A DNA stretch of 57,698 nucleotides from Betaproteobacteria bacterium (GTDB lineage Bacteria; Pseudomonadota; Gammaproteobacteria; Burkholderiales; SG8-39), in the NCBI GenBank assembly GCA_034668045.1, contig JAXDQC010000074.1:1-57698 (forward strand). Direction: 5' to 3'. Shown one piece after another: positions 52,805 to 57,698 of the stretch; the stretch's first letter is position 1, and every line of letters starts with the position of its first letter. The translations under genes and the position numbers were made by a program. Under the pieces are notes generated by a model. It was not told the origin of the DNA. It searched no databases and was given only the letters and a program-made list of their open reading frames with translations.

Positions 52805-53397
52805 GCCTCAAACAACTGCTCGATAACAACCGCGCCTGGGCGAAGGAGATGCTCTCCCAGGACAGGCAGTACTTCAGCCGCCTCGCCCAGCAGCAATCGC
52901 CGCAATACCTCTGGATCGGCTGCTCCGACTCGCGCGTGCCGGCGAACCAGATCACCGGGCTCGCCCCGGGCGAGGTTTTCGTCCATCGCAACATCGCCAA
53001 CGTCGTCGTGCACACCGACCTCAATTGCCTGTCGGTGATCCAGTTCGCGGTCGACATCCTCAAGATCCGCCACATCATCCTTTGCGGCCACTACGGCTGC
53101 AGCGGCGTCGAGGCGGCGATGACCAAGCACCGCATCGGCCTCTCCGACAACTGGCTGCGCCACGTGCAGGACGTGGCCGCCAAGCACCAGCCCGATCTCG
53201 ACAAGCTGGTCGGCCAGAACCTGCGCCACCGGCGCCTCTGCGAGCTGAACGTGCGCGAGCAGGTGCAGAACATCATCGAGTGCACCGCGGTGCAGGAAGC
53301 CTGGGAGCGCGGCCAGCCGCTCGATGTGCACGGCTGGATCTACGACCTCAAGGACGGCCTGCTGACGGATTTGCGGGTGTCGCGCTCCTCCGCATGA
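52801..53397 (+). CDS. can: Beta-class carbonic anhydrase
   Basis: GTG start in a GTGA overlap. [24 protein letters not shown]. Confidence 0.9.
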   Translation: MSLKQLLDNNRAWAKEMLSQDRQYFSRLAQQQSPQYLWIGCSDSRVPANQITGLAPGEVFVHRNIANVVVHTDLNCLSVIQFAVDILKIRHIILCGHYGCSGVEAAMTKHRIGLSDNWLRHVQDVAAKHQPDLDKLVGQNLRHRRLCELNVREQVQNIIECTAVQEAWERGQPLDVHGWIYDLKDGLLTDLRVSRSSA

Positions 53398-53831
53398 GTC
53401 GCCTGATCGAAACCTACCGCGGCGCGGTTTACCCCTGGCACTGCGACCAGATGGGGCACATGAACGTCATGTGGTACGTCGGCAAGTTCGACGAGGCGAC
53501 CTGGAATCTCTTTGCCGCCATCGGCGTGACCATGGCCTACCTGCGGGAAAACAAGCGCGGCATGGCAGCGGTGCAGCAGGACATCACCTATAAGCGCGAG
53601 CTGCTCGCCGGCGATACCGTCACGGTGCGCTCGATGCTGCTCGAGGTGCGCGAAAAGTCGGCCAAGTTCGTGCATGAGATGCGCCACGCCGTTACCGGCG
53701 AGATCGCCGCGATCTGTGTCCTCACCGGCGTCTCGATCGACACCCGGACCCGCAAGTCGTGCCCGTTCGCGGCCGACATCGTCGAGCGCGCCAAGACCCT
53801 GGTCGGCAACTACGAACTAGGAAAGCGCTGA
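53394..53831 (+). CDS. 4HBT/YbgC-type acyl-CoA thioesterase (hotdog fold)
   Basis: Start at ATG 53394 in an ATGA overlap. [28 protein letters not shown]. Confidence 0.75.
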   Translation: MSRLIETYRGAVYPWHCDQMGHMNVMWYVGKFDEATWNLFAAIGVTMAYLRENKRGMAAVQQDITYKRELLAGDTVTVRSMLLEVREKSAKFVHEMRHAVTGEIAAICVLTGVSIDTRTRKSCPFAADIVERAKTLVGNYELGKR

Positions 53832-53832
53832 C

Positions 53833-54918
53833 ATGGCCCGCGTCTCGACCCCCTTCTCCGAAAAGCTCGGCCTGCGTCTGCCGCTCATTGCCGCGCCGAT
53901 GGCCGGCGGACCCACCACGCCGGAGCTGGTGGCCGCGTCGTCAGCCGCCGGCGCTCTCGGCTCCTTCGGTTTTGCCTACACGCAGCCCGACGAGATGAGG
54001 CGCCAGGCCGTACTGGTGCGCGCAAAGACCGACAAGCCGTTCGGCATCAACCTCTTCGTCTCGCCCCAGCCCGGTCCAATTCCTTCACAAGACGATGCTC
54101 TTCGGGCCGTAAGCGGCTACTACAAGGAAATGGGCCTGCCAGCTCCCGAGCCGGTGAAGCCGCCCTACGTGCCCGATCTCGAGGCGCAGTTCAAGGCAGT
54201 CGAGGAGATCGGCCCGCGCGTCTTTACCGTTCACCTCGGCGGACTTACGCGCGAGCAGGTCAGGCGATTCCAGTCGAAAGGCATGCTCGTCGGCGGCAGT
54301 GCCAACTGCGTCGTGGAAGCCAAAGGCCTGGAGGCCGCGGGCTTCGATTTCGTCATCGCGCAAGGCGGCGAGGCCGGCGGCCATCGCGGCAGCTACCTGC
54401 GCGATCCCTATCGATCGCTCACCGGCACTTTCGCGCTCACGCGCATGCTCGTCGCGGCGGTGAAGCTGCCGGTCGTCGCCGCGGGCGGCATCATGGACGG
54501 CGCCGGCATCGCCGCGGCGCTCGCGCTCGGCGCCCAGGCGGCGCAACTCGGCACCGCCTTCATCCCCTGCCCCGAGAGCGGCGCCGCGCAGGTGCACAAG
54601 GACCTGCTGGTCAACAGCACCGAGGACGACACCGGCATCACCGAAAAATTCTCCGGCAAGCCGGCGCGCGGCATCGTCAACCGCTTCATGAAGGAAATGG
54701 CGAACGAGCCGACGCTCGCCTTCCCGGCGCAGAATGCGGTCACCGGAAAGATTCGCCAGGCCTCCGCGAAGGCCGGCAAGCCCGACTTCATCGCGCTGTG
54801 GGCGGGCCAGGCGATGCCGCTCGCCCGCGCGCTTCCCGCCGCCGAGCTGATCGCGCGCCTCGATGCCGAGACGCGGCAAGCGTTGCAACACCTGAAAGGC
54901 CTGATCCATGAAAGCTGA
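53833..54918 (+). CDS. Nitronate monooxygenase-family (NMO/2-nitropropane dioxygenase-like) FMN oxidoreductase
   Basis: LPLIAAPMAGGPTTPELVAA...AQGGEAGGH...VVAAGGI. Confidence 0.8.
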   Translation: MARVSTPFSEKLGLRLPLIAAPMAGGPTTPELVAASSAAGALGSFGFAYTQPDEMRRQAVLVRAKTDKPFGINLFVSPQPGPIPSQDDALRAVSGYYKEMGLPAPEPVKPPYVPDLEAQFKAVEEIGPRVFTVHLGGLTREQVRRFQSKGMLVGGSANCVVEAKGLEAAGFDFVIAQGGEAGGHRGSYLRDPYRSLTGTFALTRMLVAAVKLPVVAAGGIMDGAGIAAALALGAQAAQLGTAFIPCPESGAAQVHKDLLVNSTEDDTGITEKFSGKPARGIVNRFMKEMANEPTLAFPAQNAVTGKIRQASAKAGKPDFIALWAGQAMPLARALPAAELIARLDAETRQALQHLKGLIHES

Positions 54919-56089
54919 TCCGATCGTCATCGTCTCGGCCGCGCGCACGCCGATGGGCGCGTTCCAGGGCGAGCTGAAGGGCTTCGCCGCGCCGGAGCTC
55001 GGCGCCGCCGCCATCCGCGCCGCCGTCGAGCGCGCGAAAATCCACCCCGAGGATGTGCAGGAAGTCCTGATGGGCTGCGTCCTGCCGGCTGGTCAGGGGC
55101 AGGCGCCGGCGCGGCAGGCTTCGCTGGGCGCCGGACTGCCGCTCGCGGCCGGCTGCACGACCATCAACAAGATGTGCGGCTCGGGAATGAAAGCGGCGAT
55201 GCTCGCGCACGACATCCTCGGCAACGAGAATGTGGTCATCGTGGCCGGCGGCATGGAATCCATGACCAACGCGCCCTACCTGCTGCCGAAGGCCCGCGCC
55301 GGCCTGCGCATGGGCCACGCCCAGGTGATCGACCACATGTTCTACGACGGGCTCGAGGATGCGTACGACAAGGGGCGTCTCATGGGCACCTTTGCAGAGG
55401 ATTGCGCGCAAAAATATTCGTTCTCGCGAGCCTCTCAGGACGAGTTCGCGATCACCTCGCTGAAAAGGGCGCAGACCGCGAACAAGGACGGCTCGTTCGC
55501 CTGGGAAATCACGCCCATCGCGGTCAAGGCGGGCAAGGACGAGAAGTTCATCGAGAACGACGAGCAGCCGTTCAAGGCGAACTTCGAGAAGATCCCGGCG
55601 CTCAAGCCGGCGTTCCGCAAGGACGGCACCGTCACCGCGGCGAATTCCAGCTCGATTTCGGATGGCGCCGCCGCCCTGGTGATGATGCGCCGCTCGAGCG
55701 CCGAGAAGCGCGGCCTCGCGCCGCTCGCTGTGGTCGTCGGTCACTCGACGCACGCACAGGAACCGGGATTGTTTACGACCGCGCCGGTAGGGGCCATAAA
55801 AAAATTACTTGAAAAAAACAACTGGACAGCGAGCAGTGTCGATCTCTACGAAATCAACGAAGCCTTCGCGGTCGTCGCCATGGCGGCGATGAAGGAGCAC
55901 GGCCTGCCGCACGACAAGGTGAACGTGCACGGCGGCGCCTGCGCACTCGGCCATCCGATCGGCGCCTCGGGCGCCAGGATCCTGGTGACGCTGATCGGTG
56001 CGCTGCGCAAGCGCGGGCTGAAGCGCGGCGTCGCCAGCCTGTGCATCGGCGGCGGCGAAGCAACGGCAATGGGTGTGGAATTAATCTGA
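54908..56089 (+). CDS. Acetyl-CoA C-acyltransferase/acetyltransferase (thiolase II-like)
   Basis: 393 aa. Active-site [27 protein letters not shown], and CIGGGEA. Confidence 0.9.
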   Translation: MKADPIVIVSAARTPMGAFQGELKGFAAPELGAAAIRAAVERAKIHPEDVQEVLMGCVLPAGQGQAPARQASLGAGLPLAAGCTTINKMCGSGMKAAMLAHDILGNENVVIVAGGMESMTNAPYLLPKARAGLRMGHAQVIDHMFYDGLEDAYDKGRLMGTFAEDCAQKYSFSRASQDEFAITSLKRAQTANKDGSFAWEITPIAVKAGKDEKFIENDEQPFKANFEKIPALKPAFRKDGTVTAANSSSISDGAAALVMMRRSSAEKRGLAPLAVVVGHSTHAQEPGLFTTAPVGAIKKLLEKNNWTASSVDLYEINEAFAVVAMAAMKEHGLPHDKVNVHGGACALGHPIGASGARILVTLIGALRKRGLKRGVASLCIGGGEATAMGVELI

Positions 56090-56481
56090 AACGACAGCTT
56101 CAGGCTCTGCTCGATCGTGCCCGTTTCCTGCGGCCCTACGGGTTCCGCGTCGTCGCGGCGGACAAGAGGAAGTGCACCCTCGAGCTGCCGCACAAAGCGG
56201 CGCTCGAGCGCCCGGGCGGCATCATCAACGGCCCGGCGCTGATGGCGGCAGCCGATTGCGCCATGTGGCTCGCGATCAAGGCGCGCATCGGCGTCGAGGG
56301 CGACGCGCTGACCTCCGCGCTCAACACCGCGTTCCTCGCCCCGGCGATGGGCGAGCACGTCTACTGCACCGCGCGCATCCTGAAGATGGGCCGGCGGCGC
56401 ATCTACGGCGTCGCCGAGTGCCACGGCAAGAAGGGCAACCTCTTCAGCCACCACACGCTCACCTATGTCCGCGCCGGCTGA
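56041..56481 (+). CDS. PaaI-family hotdog thioesterase; start uncertain
   Basis: ...[25 protein letters not shown]... The only canonical start is the GTG at 56041, giving a 49-nt overlap with the thiolase. A CTG at 56086 would form a CTGA stop-start junction. Confidence 0.7.
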   Translation: MHRRRRSNGNGCGINLKRQLQALLDRARFLRPYGFRVVAADKRKCTLELPHKAALERPGGIINGPALMAAADCAMWLAIKARIGVEGDALTSALNTAFLAPAMGEHVYCTARILKMGRRRIYGVAECHGKKGNLFSHHTLTYVRAG

Positions 56482-57586
56482 AGAAATCCGCCAGGCGGTG
56501 CGCCGCTTCGCCAGGGAGCAGCTCGTACCGCACGCCGCGCAATGGGATCGCGACGCCACGTTTCCGCGCGAGGCGCTCGCGGGCCTCGCCGCCATGGGCT
56601 TGTACGCGGTCGCGGTCCCCGAGGAGCTTGGCGGCGCCGGGCTCGACTACACCTCGCTCGCCGTCGCCTGCGAGGAGATTTCGGCCGGCGATTGCGCGAC
56701 AGCGACGATCGTTTCGGTGAACAACCTGGTCGCTGGAATCCTCGCCGGATACGGAAGCAAAGAGCAAAAGGAGACCTTTCTCAAGCCGCTGGCGCAGGGC
56801 AAGCGCATCGGTGCCTTCGCGCTCACCGAGCCGCATGTCGGCTCGGATGCGGCGGCGATCACCACCCGCGCCGAGCGCCAGGGCAACCACTACGTCCTGA
56901 ACGGCACGAAGCAGTTCATCACCTCGGGCAAGAACGCCGACTTCGCCATCGTCTTCGCCGTCACCGACAAGGGCGCCGGCAAGAAAGGCATCAGCGCCTT
57001 CGTCGTGCCCACCTCGACGCCCGGCTACAAAGTGGCGCGCATCGAAGAGAAGACCGGCCAGCACGCCTCCGACACCGCGCAGATCGTGCTTGAAAACTGC
57101 AAGACCGAGCATCTGCTCGCCCAGGAAGGCCAGGGCTACCGCATCGCCCTCGCCAACCTCGAGTCCGGCCGCATCAACGTCGCCGCGCAGGCGACCGGCG
57201 TCGCCCGTGCCGCCTTCGAAGCGGCGCTCGCCTATGCCCGCGAGCGCAAGAGCATGGGCAAGACGCTGATCGAGCACCAGGCCGTCAACTTCCGCCTCGC
57301 CGACATGGCGACCGGCGTCGAAGCCGGCCGGCAGATGTACCTGCACGCGGCGGCGCTGCGCGATGCGGGCAAGCCCTGCATCAAGGAGGCGTCGATGGCG
57401 AAGCTCTTCGCCTCCGAGATGGCGGAGAAGGTGTGCTCGGACGCGATGCAGATCCACGGCGGCTACGGCTACGTCGCCGACTTCCCGGTCGAGCGCCTTT
57501 GGCGCGACGTGCGCGTGACGCAGATCTACGAGGGTGCGAGCGACATTCAGCGTCTCGTCATTGGCAGGGTCCTGGAGGAAGGCTGA
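56465..57586 (+). CDS. Acyl-CoA dehydrogenase (short/branched-chain type)
   Basis: 373 aa. [33 protein letters not shown]. Confidence 0.9.
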   Translation: MSAPAEEIRQAVRRFAREQLVPHAAQWDRDATFPREALAGLAAMGLYAVAVPEELGGAGLDYTSLAVACEEISAGDCATATIVSVNNLVAGILAGYGSKEQKETFLKPLAQGKRIGAFALTEPHVGSDAAAITTRAERQGNHYVLNGTKQFITSGKNADFAIVFAVTDKGAGKKGISAFVVPTSTPGYKVARIEEKTGQHASDTAQIVLENCKTEHLLAQEGQGYRIALANLESGRINVAAQATGVARAAFEAALAYARERKSMGKTLIEHQAVNFRLADMATGVEAGRQMYLHAAALRDAGKPCIKEASMAKLFASEMAEKVCSDAMQIHGGYGYVADFPVERLWRDVRVTQIYEGASDIQRLVIGRVLEEG

Positions 57587-57698
57587 TGGCTGCGCCGATC
57601 GACTTCTACTTCGACTTCTCCTCGCCTTACGGTTATTTCGCCGCGACAAAGATCGACGACATCGCGGCCCGGCACGCGCGCACTGTCACCTGGCGTCC
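57586..57698 (+). CDS. 2-hydroxychromene-2-carboxylate isomerase/DsbA-like family protein; N-terminal fragment running off the right edge
   Basis: [42 protein letters not shown] junction with the ACAD gene. Confidence 0.6.
   Translation, partial: MAAPIDFYFDFSSPYGYFAATKIDDIAARHARTVTWR

Overview
GC-rich (about two-thirds G+C by eye), very gene-dense bacterial chromosome segment. Gene order and protein signatures look betaproteobacterial, but that is my inference; nothing here was checked by database search.

Left part, 1-37.8 kb: a cell-surface glycan super-locus in three minus-strand operons.
- (a) An 18-gene, ~18.4-kb operon with no intergenic gap above 2 nt. In transcription order it encodes a MarR-type EPS regulator (absent from the ORF track), a NeuB-type ulosonic-acid synthase set (cytidylyltransferase, oxidoreductase, aminotransferase, SDR, GNAT, NeuB), an AsnB-like amidotransferase, a WbuX/PseA-type N-acetyl-sugar amidotransferase, an orphan 122-aa protein, a Zn-ribbon methyltransferase, a complete PAPS/sulfation cassette (CysD, fused CysN-CysC, KpsS/C-like protein, sulfotransferase, TSUP permease), a DUF4910-like protein and HisH.
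- (b) rfbC-rfbD-manC-gmd-epimerase-fcl-TviB-like dehydrogenase.
- (c) TonB-dependent receptor behind a cobalamin riboswitch, then the LPS core/lipid A export genes (GT9, GT4, msbA, GT4, methyltransferase, O-antigen-ligase family) and rfbB-rfbA.
- Two lone plus-strand genes are wedged between these operons: a secreted beta-helix protein and an orphan Omp85-family outer-membrane protein.

Middle part, 40-48 kb: housekeeping genes (ZapB-like, zapA, 6S RNA, EVE protein, hemE, priA, argS, SPOR protein, dsbA, SDR).

Right part, 48-57.7 kb: phaC, an MBL hydrolase, and a LiuR-type branched-chain acyl-CoA catabolic cluster (ivd, carbonic anhydrase, thioesterases, NMO, thiolase, ACAD).

No rRNA, tRNA, CRISPR array, transposase or integrase was seen. 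The most interesting candidate is the self-contained sulfation cassette embedded in a non-canonical ulosonic-acid/acetamidino glycan operon.
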